Shown here in pieces: positions 1 to 8,299 of a DNA stretch of 64,000 nt (its first letter is position 1; every line of letters begins with the position of its first letter). Below the pieces are notes generated by a model. It did no database searches, was not told where the DNA came from, and saw only the letters and a list, made by a program, of their open reading frames with translations. This stretch comes from Capsulimonadaceae bacterium (GTDB taxonomy: Bacteria; Armatimonadota; Armatimonadia; Armatimonadales; Capsulimonadaceae): contig OZ244065.1 in the NCBI GenBank assembly GCA_965215505.1, forward strand, positions 1,408,001 to 1,472,000. Reading direction: 5' to 3'. The position numbers and the translations under genes were made by a program.

Positions 1-418
1 CCAGCGGATCGTCCCGGTCCCGCAGGAGCAGGGCACCGTCGGCACGCCCGTCCGTCAGCGCCGCGACATCCCGCTCCATGTCGTCTTGCCCTTTGGTGTG
101 CAGCATTAGGTCGAACCCCAGGGCCGTCGCCGCATCCGTCGCCCCGTGCATCAGCTCGTTCGTGAACCCCGACCAGCCGGAAAAGACGGCCGGGAACTGC
201 ATGACGAGCGCCAGCGTGTCCGTCTGTCGCCGGGCCAGCCCGCGCGCCAGCGCGTTCGGGTGATAGCCCAGATCCCTGGCGGCGGCCAGGACGCGGCGGC
301 GCGTCTCGTCACTGATACGCACTCCGGTCTGCCGGCCGTTCAGGACGTAGGAGACGGCCGTCTTGCTGACCCCGCCCCGTTCCGCCACATCCTTGATTGT
401 CACCCCGTTTTTTCCCAT
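1..418 (-). CDS. LacI-family transcriptional regulator (3' part outside window)
   Basis: Not in ORF track. Manual translation from ATG at 418 gives MGKNGVTIKDVAERGGVSKTAVSYVLNG...TRRRVLAAARDLGYHPNALARGL, a LacI HTH plus hinge helix; the frame is open to the window edge. Confidence 0.92.
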   Translation of the reverse strand, partial: MGKNGVTIKDVAERGGVSKTAVSYVLNGRQTGVRISDETRRRVLAAARDLGYHPNALARGLARRQTDTLALVMQFPAVFSGWSGFTNELMHGATDAATALGFDLMLHTKGQDDMERDVAALTDGRADGALLLRDRDDPL

Positions 419-428
419 GATGTGCTGA

Positions 429-485
429 TGAACCGGTTCACCACCGCTATAATACGATTATCGCATACAAACCGATTTCTGTCAA
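429..485 (-). promoter_or_regulatory. sigma70-type promoter with LacI-type operators
   Basis: On - strand: TTGACA (485-480), 17 nt, GATAAT (462-457). Spacer contains AAATCGGTTTG; perfect palindrome TGAACCGGTTCA at 429-440. Confidence 0.75.
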
Positions 486-498
486 GGGGGAATACAAA

Positions 499-527
499 CA
501 AAAAGGGCGAACAAGGTTCGCCCCTAC
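499..527. repeat. REP-like palindrome, family A (GGGCGAAC..GTTCGCCCCTAC)
   Basis: CAAAAAGGGCGAACAAGGTTCGCCCCTAC; near-identical copy within 31924-31973 and degenerate copy at 46439-46466; ends in CTAC (GTAG on the other strand). Confidence 0.75.
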
Positions 528-553
528 ATGCCATCCGGGATACCGGCCCGAAG

Positions 554-1450
554 TCAGGAGGTTTCGTGGGTCGTGCCGGGGTTCGCGCCGCCCGACTTGT
601 GCTTGCCGCCCTTGTCGCTCGTGCCTTCCGTCCGGCGCATCTCGGCGAGTTCCGCCTTGCGCTCCGCGCCGAGCTTCTTCAGGGTTTCCTCCCACTCCTT
701 CTTGTAGGGGCGCAGCGTCTCCACCAGGGTAGTGGCGATGGCGAGGTTGCGGAACCACTTGCGGTTCGCGGGCACGATGTACCAGGGCGCGGACTTGGCC
801 GCCGTCGCGGCCAGGGCGTCCTCATAGGCACCGGTGTAGGCGTCCCAGAACTGGCGCTCCTCCCAGTCGCCCGGCGACAGCTTCCAGGCTTTCTCCTCGT
901 CCTGCTCCCGCGCCTCCAGCCGCTCTTTCTGCTCGTCCTTGCTGATGTGCAGGAAGAACTTCAGGATGATCGTGTTGTTGTCGGCCAGTTCCTGCTCGAA
1001 GTTCTTGATGTGCGCGTAGCGCTTCTTGACCACGTCGTCGCTGACCATCTTGTGTACGCGCGTCACCAGGACGTCTTCGTAGTGGGAGCGGTTGAAGATG
1101 GTCATCATGCCTTTGGCGGGCGTCTGCTGGTGGATGCGCCACAGGAAGTCGTGGGCGGCTTCCAGCGGGGTCGGCACCTTGAAGGAGGCCACGTCGCAGC
1201 CCTGCGGGTTCATGCTCGCCATGACGTGCGCGATGGTGCCGTCCTTGCCGGACGTGTCCAGCCCTTGCAGGACGATCAGGACGCTGTGCGTCTGGGCGGC
1301 GTACAGCCACTCCTGGAGGCCGGTCAGCTCCTCGCCCAGCTTGGCGAGGACGACGGCGCTGGTGTCCTTGTCCTCGTCGCCCTTCTCGTCGGGCGCATAG
1401 TCGCTGAGTTTGATCTTCTGTTCTTTGTCTATCTTGGTCGCGTAGCTCAT
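554..1450 (-). CDS. ppk2: Polyphosphate kinase 2 family protein (class III-like)
   Basis: Start MSYATK at 1450; LQGLDTSGKDG Walker A, FNRSHYEDV, KFFLHISKDEQ and APWYIVPANRKWFRN motifs. Confidence 0.92.
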   Translation of the reverse strand: MSYATKIDKEQKIKLSDYAPDEKGDEDKDTSAVVLAKLGEELTGLQEWLYAAQTHSVLIVLQGLDTSGKDGTIAHVMASMNPQGCDVASFKVPTPLEAAHDFLWRIHQQTPAKGMMTIFNRSHYEDVLVTRVHKMVSDDVVKKRYAHIKNFEQELADNNTIILKFFLHISKDEQKERLEAREQDEEKAWKLSPGDWEERQFWDAYTGAYEDALAATAAKSAPWYIVPANRKWFRNLAIATTLVETLRPYKKEWEETLKKLGAERKAELAEMRRTEGTSDKGGKHKSGGANPGTTHETS

Positions 1451-1582
1451 CGTCGCGTGTTCCCCCTGGCCCATTGTAGCACATGCCGCCATTGCGCGGC
1501 CCTCACGGAACCTTTTCCAACGTGCCCACGTCCCAAACCATCCCTGCAAGGCGCAGGGCAGCGAGACCCAAGGAAAAAGAAC

Positions 1583-1981
1583 ATGAACAACACACATAAC
1601 AGGAACACCATCTGGGGCGCAGGATTGGCCGTCATCGCCCTCGGCATCGCCGCCTCGGCCGGCCCGGCGGCAGCCCAGCCGATGCTCCTCTCCCACCCCG
1701 CCCAGGTGCGTCAGACCTTCGGCGACTGGGGCCACGACAACGGCTGGAACCATGACGGCGATCAGGGGCGCGACCGTGGCCGCGACCGGGAGCGCCACAT
1801 CGAGCAGGAGCGCCTCCGTGTCGAGCGGGAGCGCCGTGAGGCCGAGCGCGCCCGCCACGAGGCGGAGGTGCGGCACGCGGCGGAAGTGCGGCACGAGCAG
1901 TGGCTGCGGGAGCATCGCCGCGACGGGGACCGCGACCGCCATGACGCTTACGGCGACTGGCGGAACGACGACAGGCGGTGA
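1583..1981 (+). CDS. Secreted low-complexity His/Arg/Asp/Glu-rich hypothetical protein
   Basis: AAGGA RBS, signal-peptide-like N-terminus (..AAA|Q), charged repetitive mature part, followed by a terminator. Confidence 0.7.
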   Translation: MNNTHNRNTIWGAGLAVIALGIAASAGPAAAQPMLLSHPAQVRQTFGDWGHDNGWNHDGDQGRDRGRDRERHIEQERLRVERERREAERARHEAEVRHAAEVRHEQWLREHRRDGDRDRHDAYGDWRNDDRR

Positions 1982-1997
1982 CGCCGGCGGGCGCAGG

Positions 1998-2028
1998 AAA
2001 GGCGGGGGCCGGCAGCCCCCGCCTTTTT
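1998..2028 (+). terminator. Rho-independent terminator
   Basis: GGCGGGGGC-cggca-GCCCCCGCC followed by TTTTT. Confidence 0.8.
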
Positions 2029-2072
2029 CTGGTTCCTTAGCCGACTGATATGCGGAAAGAACACAACGCACA

Positions 2073-2118
2073 TTTACAAAATCGGTTTGGCGTGTTATAA
2101 TCTGCAAACCGGTTTACA
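2073..2118 (+). promoter_or_regulatory. sigma70-type promoter with LacI-type operators
   Basis: TTTACA (2073-2078), 17 nt, TATAAT (2096-2101). AAATCGGTTTG in the spacer and palindrome TGCAAACCGGTTTACA at 2103-2118. Confidence 0.8.
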
Positions 2119-2120
2119 CG

Positions 2121-3185
2121 ATGACCAAACCAACCACCATCCAGGACGTGGCCGAGGCGCTGGGGATGCACAAGTCCACCGTCTCCCTGGCGCTGTCAGG
2201 CAAGGGCAACATCTCCGCGCAGACCCGCGCTCGCGTCCTCGCGGCCACGCAGGAACTCGGGTATGAGCCGAATCCGCTGGCCCAGCGCCTCGCCAACGGC
2301 CACCGGAACCCGATGGTCTGCATTTTCAGCGGCGTCCTTGATGTCGGCCTGTCCACCGAGAAGATCCTGACGATCCAGAAGGAGATGAGCGCGCGCTCCT
2401 TCGAAGCGCCGATCTACACCTGTCCGGAGCCGGCGGGCGGGGCGAACACCTCCCAGGCCGATCTGCTCAAGAGCCTCTGCCGTCAGCGCCCCCAGGCGAT
2501 CATCTGCGCCGCGCCGATGCTGGACCCGGACGTCTTCGGGGAGCTAACATCATACATCGGCTCCGGCGGCACCGTCGTCAGCTACGACGTCCCCGTCCCC
2601 CTGCCCTGCGATCAGGTCGTCTTCGACCGGGAGGACAACGCCTACCAGGCGGCGCGTTTTCTCCTGCGGCACGGGCACCGCCGGCTGGGGATCGGCATGT
2701 CCGACACCGCCCCGTGGCTGTCGGGCAAGACCGAAGGCGGGCCGCAGTCGTTCCGCCTGCGCGGGTTCCGGCGCGCACTGGAGGAGTCCGGCGTTCCGGT
2801 GCGCGACGAGTGGTGTTTCCGCACCGCCGCCTATGAACGGGGCGGGGCGGAACTCGCCCGGCGGTTTTTGCAGATGGCGGACCGGCCCACGGGCCTGTGC
2901 ATCGTCAACGACTACGTCGCGCTGGCCTTCATGGTCGAGGTGATGCAGGCGGGGGTCCGCATCCCCGAGGACCTGAGCATCGTCGGGCATGACGACCAGC
3001 CCATCGCCCCGTATTGCCCCGTCCCGCTGACGTCCGCCTCGCACCCGGCGCGGGAGATCGCGCAGGCAGTCGTCGCCCTGCTGCTCGACCGCCTGGGCGG
3101 CAGCCGGCAGCCGCCGCAGACCGTCGTGATTCGGGGGGAGATGGTGGCGCGTGGGAGCGTCGCCGTCCCCCAGGGAAAGGCTTGA
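2121..3185 (+). CDS. LacI-family transcriptional regulator
   Basis: TIQDVAEALGMHKSTVSLALSG HTH, YEPNPLA hinge, IPEDLSIVGHDD sensor-domain motif. Confidence 0.95.
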   Translation: MTKPTTIQDVAEALGMHKSTVSLALSGKGNISAQTRARVLAATQELGYEPNPLAQRLANGHRNPMVCIFSGVLDVGLSTEKILTIQKEMSARSFEAPIYTCPEPAGGANTSQADLLKSLCRQRPQAIICAAPMLDPDVFGELTSYIGSGGTVVSYDVPVPLPCDQVVFDREDNAYQAARFLLRHGHRRLGIGMSDTAPWLSGKTEGGPQSFRLRGFRRALEESGVPVRDEWCFRTAAYERGGAELARRFLQMADRPTGLCIVNDYVALAFMVEVMQAGVRIPEDLSIVGHDDQPIAPYCPVPLTSASHPAREIAQAVVALLLDRLGGSRQPPQTVVIRGEMVARGSVAVPQGKA

Positions 3186-3192
3186 TTCACGC

Positions 3193-5283
3193 ATGAAAGT
3201 GTACTTCTGCTCGCTCCTCGCCGTCCTGTTCGCGTCCCTCGCCCTGGCCGCGCGGACGACCGCCGCCGCGCCGCCGACGCTGTGCATCATCGGCGACTCC
3301 ACCGTCAAGAACCACACGGCGGGCCTTGAGGGCTGGGGGGACCCCATCGGCGCATACTTCGACAAGTCAAAGATCGTCGTCGTGAATCACGCGCTGGGCG
3401 GGCGCAGCAGCCGGACGTTTCTGACCGAGGGCCTGTGGGACAAGGCGTTGGCCGACCTGAAGCCCGGCGACTTCGTCCTGATGCAGTTCGGCCACAACGA
3501 CGGCGGCTCCCCCCGGACCAGCTACCGCGCCTCCCTGAAGGGCGTGGGCGAGGAAACGGAGTCGGTCGTCAACCCCAAGACGAACCTCACCGAGACGATC
3601 CATTCCTACGGGTGGTATCTGCGGAAGTACATCGCGGACGCCAGGGCGAAGGGCGCGACGGCCATCGTCCTGTCGCCGATCCCGCGCAACATCTGGTCGG
3701 CGGACGGCAAGGTCGCGCGCAGCGGCGGCGACTACGGCCTGTGGGCCGCGCAGGCGGCGAAGGCCGGCGGCGCGTCCTTCGTTGACCTGAACGCCATCAT
3801 CGCGGACAAGTACGACGCCCTGGGGCCGGACAAGGTGAAGACGTTCTTCCCCGGCGACCACACGCACACCTCGCCGTCGGGGGCGGAGATGAACGCCGGG
3901 GCCGTCGTCGAGGGCTTGAAGGGGCTGAAGGACTGCCAACTGGCCGCCTTCCTCGCCGCCACCCCGCCCGTCTTCCCGCCTGCCGCCATGCCCGCAGTTA
4001 CTCCCGTCGAAACCGCGCTCGCCCCCGCCCCGATGCAGGCAGAAAGGGGCTTCAAGTTCGCGTTCGGCTCGGGGGCCGCCCCGGCGGGTTTCGTGCGCGT
4101 GCCGCCGACGGCCGCCTATACCCCCGAGCGCGGCTACGGGTTCGAGCCGGGTCCCGCGCCGACGGCGTCCACGGGCGGCGTCACCGGCGACAAGCCGTTC
4201 CTCTTCTCGGTCGCCCTCCCGGATGGCGACTACGATGTCACGGTGAAGATGGGCGATAGAAGCACCGCCACCACGACGACCCTCAAAGCCGAGGCGCGGC
4301 GGCTGATGCTGGAACGGGTGGAGACGGCGCCCGGCCGGACCGTCAGCAAGACCTTCGCGGTCAACGTCCGGACGCCGCAGATCAAGGGCGGCGGCGAGGT
4401 CCGGCTGAAGCCGCGCGAGAGCGGCCCGCCGATGGACCGGGACTGGGACGACCGGCTGACTCTGGAATTCAATGACGTCCGTCCCAGCCTCGACACGCTG
4501 GAGATCGCCCCCGCGCCCGCCGCCGTTACGGTCTATTTGGCGGGCGACTCCACCGTCACCGACCAGCCCGTCGAACCCTGGTGTTCCTGGGGCCAGATGC
4601 TGCCCCGGTTCTTCGGGCCGGGTGTGGCGGTCGCAAACAACGCCGAGTCGGGCGAGAGCCTGCGGAGCTTTTTGGGCGCACGACGCCTGGACAAAGTCCT
4701 CAGCACGATGAAGGCCGGGGACTATCTGTTCATCCAGTTCGGGCACAACGACCAGAAGGAACACGGGGAGGGGGTGGGCGCGTTCACGACCTACGCCGCC
4801 GACCTGAAGCGGTTCGTCGCCGAGGCGCGCAAGCGCGGCGGCCTGCCTGTCCTGGTGACGCCGATGAACCGCCGCCGCTTCGACGCGGACGGCAAGATCG
4901 TCAACACCCTGGGCGACTACCCCGAGGCCGTGCGCCGGACGGCGAAGGAAGAAGACGTGCCGCTCATTGACCTTAATGCCATGAGCAAGACATTATTTGA
5001 GGCGCTGGGGCCGCAGGGGACTTTGAAGGCCTTCGTCCACTACCCCGCCGGGACATTCCCGGACCAGCCCAAGGAGCTGAAGGACGACACCCACTTCAAC
5101 GGCTACGGCGCGTACCAGCTCGCCAAGTGCATCGTCGAAGGCATCAAGGCGGACAAGCTGCCATTGGCGAAGTATCTCCTCCCCGGCCTCCCGGCCTTCG
5201 ACCCCGCGCATCCCGACCCCGTGGACTCCTGGCACCTGCCCGCCAGCCCCTTGGCCCCGGTGGTGAAGCCGGACGGCAGTTAG
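3193..5283 (+). CDS. Rhamnogalacturonan acetylesterase-like (CE12) protein with two SGNH domains
   Basis: Signal peptide; two sets of GDST / QFGHND / DxTH motifs separated by a beta-sandwich module. Confidence 0.88.
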   Translation: MKVYFCSLLAVLFASLALAARTTAAAPPTLCIIGDSTVKNHTAGLEGWGDPIGAYFDKSKIVVVNHALGGRSSRTFLTEGLWDKALADLKPGDFVLMQFGHNDGGSPRTSYRASLKGVGEETESVVNPKTNLTETIHSYGWYLRKYIADARAKGATAIVLSPIPRNIWSADGKVARSGGDYGLWAAQAAKAGGASFVDLNAIIADKYDALGPDKVKTFFPGDHTHTSPSGAEMNAGAVVEGLKGLKDCQLAAFLAATPPVFPPAAMPAVTPVETALAPAPMQAERGFKFAFGSGAAPAGFVRVPPTAAYTPERGYGFEPGPAPTASTGGVTGDKPFLFSVALPDGDYDVTVKMGDRSTATTTTLKAEARRLMLERVETAPGRTVSKTFAVNVRTPQIKGGGEVRLKPRESGPPMDRDWDDRLTLEFNDVRPSLDTLEIAPAPAAVTVYLAGDSTVTDQPVEPWCSWGQMLPRFFGPGVAVANNAESGESLRSFLGARRLDKVLSTMKAGDYLFIQFGHNDQKEHGEGVGAFTTYAADLKRFVAEARKRGGLPVLVTPMNRRRFDADGKIVNTLGDYPEAVRRTAKEEDVPLIDLNAMSKTLFEALGPQGTLKAFVHYPAGTFPDQPKELKDDTHFNGYGAYQLAKCIVEGIKADKLPLAKYLLPGLPAFDPAHPDPVDSWHLPASPLAPVVKPDGS

Positions 5284-5284
5284 G

Positions 5285-8200
5285 ATGAAGGCGATGACCC
5301 GTCGCGCCATGACCCGTCGCGCCATGACTTGCTTCCTCGTCTGGGCGTGCCTCCTCCTGATGGCCGCGTCTACGGCGGTTCGCGCCTACGACCCGCCGCC
5401 TAGCCCACGGGCGACCTACAACTTCAACCCTGGGTGGAAGCTGCTGGTCGGCGACCCGGCGGGGGCGGAAGCGGAGGGGTTCAACGATTCGGCCTGGAAG
5501 GACGTGACCCTGCCCCACGCCTGGAACGAGGACGAGGCGTTCCGCAAGGGCATCGCCGACCTCCCGACCGGCATCGCGTGGTATCGCAAGCATTTCCAGC
5601 TCCCGGCGGGCGGCGAGCGGAAGGCATTTCTGGAGTTCGAGGGCGTCCGGCAGGCGGGCGAGTTCTACCTCAACGGCAGGTTCGTGGGGCGGCACGAGAA
5701 CGGCGTCATGGCCTTCGGGTTCGACATCAGCCCTTTCGTCCGCCCCGCGCCGCAGGAGAACGTGCTGGCCGTGCGGATCGACAACGGCTGGCACTATACG
5801 GAGAAGGCGACCGGTTCGGGGTTCCAGTGGAACAACACGAACTTCTATGCCAACTACGGCGGCATCAACAAGAACGTCTTCCTCCACCTGACGGGCAGGC
5901 TGCACCAGACCCTACCGCTCTACTCGAACCTGGGTACGACGGGGGTTTACGTCTACGCACAGGACTTCGACATCCCCGGCGGGAGCGCGAAGATCACCGC
6001 CGAGGCGCAGGTGGCAAATGAGTACCCGGACGCGAAGACCTTCCACTACCGGGCCGTGATCGCGGACATGGACGGCAAGGCGGTCCAGACTTTGGACGGC
6101 GGCGACTACACGCTGGCCCCCGGCGAGAAGCGGACCGTGAGCGCGGCGGCGGTCGTGCCGGGCCTGCACTTCTGGAGCTGGGGCTACGGCTGCCTATACA
6201 GCGTCTACACCATCCTCGAAGTGGACGGGCAGCCCGCCGACGTGGTCAAGACCCGGACCGGGTTCCGCAAGACCGAGTTCAGCCATGGGGTGCTGACTTT
6301 GAACGACCGCGTCCTCCATCTGAAGGGCTATGCCCAGAGGACGACGAACGAGTGGCCCGCCGTCGGGCTTTCCGTGCCGCCCTGGATGAGCGACTTCAGC
6401 AACCGGATGATCGTCGAGGGCAACGGCAACCTCGTCCGCTGGATGCATGTGACGCCGTGGAAACAGGATGTCGAGTCCCTGGACCGGGTGGGCCTGATGG
6501 AGTCCCTGCCGGCGGGCGATGCCGAGGGCGACGTCAAAGGCCGCCGGTGGGACCAGCGCCTGGAGGTGATGCGAGATGCGATCATCTACGACCGGAACGA
6601 CCCGAGCGTCGTCTTCTACGAGGCGGGGAACAGCCCGGTGACCGAGGCGCACATGCAGCAGATGAAGGACCTGCGGGACACCTGGGACCCGCACGGCGGG
6701 CGGGCGGCGGGGTCCCGGAACATGCAGGGCAGTAAGGTCGCGGAATACGGCGGCGAGATGCTCTACATCAACAAGAGCGCCGGGAAGCCGATGTGGCAGA
6801 TGGAGTATTCGCGCGACGAGTCGCTCCGCAAATGGTGGGACGCGCTCACTCCCCCCTTCCACAAGGACGGCCCGCCCTATAACCGCAATCAGGACACGCA
6901 GGCCATCGAGAACGTCGTCCGCTGGCATGACTATTGGAACGCGCGCCCCGGCACCGGCACGCGCGTCAACGGGGGCGGCGTCAAGATCATCTTCTCGGAC
7001 TCCAACACCCATTTCCGGGGCGCGCAGAGCTACCGCCGCAGCGGCGCCGTGGATGCCGTCCGCCTCCCCAAAGACGCATGGTTCGCCGACCAGGTGATGT
7101 GGGACGGCTGGGTCAACGTCGAACACCCCCGCGCTTACATCCTAGGCCACTGGAACTACGCGCCGGGAACCATCAAAGACGTTTCGGTCGTCTCCAGCGC
7201 CGACAGGGTGCAGTTGTTCGTTGGCGGCAAGTCCCAGGGGTACGGCGCGCGGAGCAGCCGGTTCCTCTTCACCTTCAAGAAGGTCCGCTGGTTGCCGGGG
7301 ACCCTCCGCGCCGTCGGCTATGACGCCGCAGGCAAGGTCCTCTGTGTCACCCAGAAGCGCACCGCTGGCCCGCCCGTCGCCCTGCGCCTGACGCCCCGCA
7401 CCGGCCCTTCGGGCCTACGCGCCGACGGCGCGGACCTGGCCCTGGTGGATGTCGAGGTCATTGACTCCAAAGGAGATCGCTGCCCGACCGCCCTGAACAC
7501 GGTGAGCTTCGCGCTGACCGGACCCGCCGAGTGGCGCGGCGGGATCGCCCAGGATGACGCCCGGCCGGACAACTACATCCTGTCCAAGACGCTGCCCGTC
7601 CAGGCGGGCGTCAACCGGGTGATCCTCCGCGCCGGGCGCGAGGCGGGGACGATCACGCTCCGGGCGACCGCTCGCGGCCTATCGCCCGGCTCGGTCACGC
7701 TCGTTTCCCACCCGGCCACGGTCACGGGGGGATTGTCCCTGGGGATGCCGGACGCCGGGCTGGGGTCCTACTTGGGTCGAGGGCCGACCCCAGCGGGCGC
7801 TTCGTTTACCCCGTCCCGTCGGCCGGTGGTCATCACGGGCGTCTCGGCCGGCTCGAACGCCGACAAGGCGGCCCTGAGCTTTGATGATGATGAGTCCACG
7901 AGCTGGTCCAGCGATGGCAGCCGGGCGAACGCCTGGATTCAGTACCAGTTCGGGGGGCCTGAGACGGTCAGCCAGGTGGAGATGAAGATGGGCGCGTGGC
8001 GGCGGCGGTCGTACCCGGTCCAGGTCACGGTAGACGGCCGGCTGGTCTATTCCGGCCTCACGCCGCCGAGCCTCGGCTATGTGACGCTCTCGTTCGCGCC
8101 CGTGATGGGCAGGAGCCTGAAGATCGAGCTGGCGGGCGACGCATCCAGCAAAGACACCTTCGGCGTCATCTCCGAGCTGAACGCCAAGAGGGACTCGGCG

Positions 8201-8299
8201 GCGACCGGCGGCGATGCGAGAGCGGCAAGCGCCAAAGGAACCCTCAGCATCGTCGAGGCCGAGATCTACGGGCCGGTCGGAGGACGGATCGACCCATGA
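5285..8299 (+). CDS. GH2 glycoside hydrolase (beta-galactosidase-like) with C-terminal discoidin-like module
   Basis: VTLPHAWN, GIAWYRKHF, LEFEGV, RNDPSVVFYEAGN motifs; C-terminal ALSFDDDESTSWSS. Confidence 0.88.
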   Translation: MKAMTRRAMTRRAMTCFLVWACLLLMAASTAVRAYDPPPSPRATYNFNPGWKLLVGDPAGAEAEGFNDSAWKDVTLPHAWNEDEAFRKGIADLPTGIAWYRKHFQLPAGGERKAFLEFEGVRQAGEFYLNGRFVGRHENGVMAFGFDISPFVRPAPQENVLAVRIDNGWHYTEKATGSGFQWNNTNFYANYGGINKNVFLHLTGRLHQTLPLYSNLGTTGVYVYAQDFDIPGGSAKITAEAQVANEYPDAKTFHYRAVIADMDGKAVQTLDGGDYTLAPGEKRTVSAAAVVPGLHFWSWGYGCLYSVYTILEVDGQPADVVKTRTGFRKTEFSHGVLTLNDRVLHLKGYAQRTTNEWPAVGLSVPPWMSDFSNRMIVEGNGNLVRWMHVTPWKQDVESLDRVGLMESLPAGDAEGDVKGRRWDQRLEVMRDAIIYDRNDPSVVFYEAGNSPVTEAHMQQMKDLRDTWDPHGGRAAGSRNMQGSKVAEYGGEMLYINKSAGKPMWQMEYSRDESLRKWWDALTPPFHKDGPPYNRNQDTQAIENVVRWHDYWNARPGTGTRVNGGGVKIIFSDSNTHFRGAQSYRRSGAVDAVRLPKDAWFADQVMWDGWVNVEHPRAYILGHWNYAPGTIKDVSVVSSADRVQLFVGGKSQGYGARSSRFLFTFKKVRWLPGTLRAVGYDAAGKVLCVTQKRTAGPPVALRLTPRTGPSGLRADGADLALVDVEVIDSKGDRCPTALNTVSFALTGPAEWRGGIAQDDARPDNYILSKTLPVQAGVNRVILRAGREAGTITLRATARGLSPGSVTLVSHPATVTGGLSLGMPDAGLGSYLGRGPTPAGASFTPSRRPVVITGVSAGSNADKAALSFDDDESTSWSSDGSRANAWIQYQFGGPETVSQVEMKMGAWRRRSYPVQVTVDGRLVYSGLTPPSLGYVTLSFAPVMGRSLKIELAGDASSKDTFGVISELNAKRDSAATGGDARAASAKGTLSIVEAEIYGPVGGRIDP

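Noticed and set aside
146-1582. N-terminal part of the 611-aa + strand ORF, and the many other long antisense ORFs in the track (e.g. 3367-4764, 23015-24457, 39988-41748, 61743-63545)
   Set aside because: Shadow ORFs opposite well-supported genes, expected in high-GC DNA; no protein motifs.
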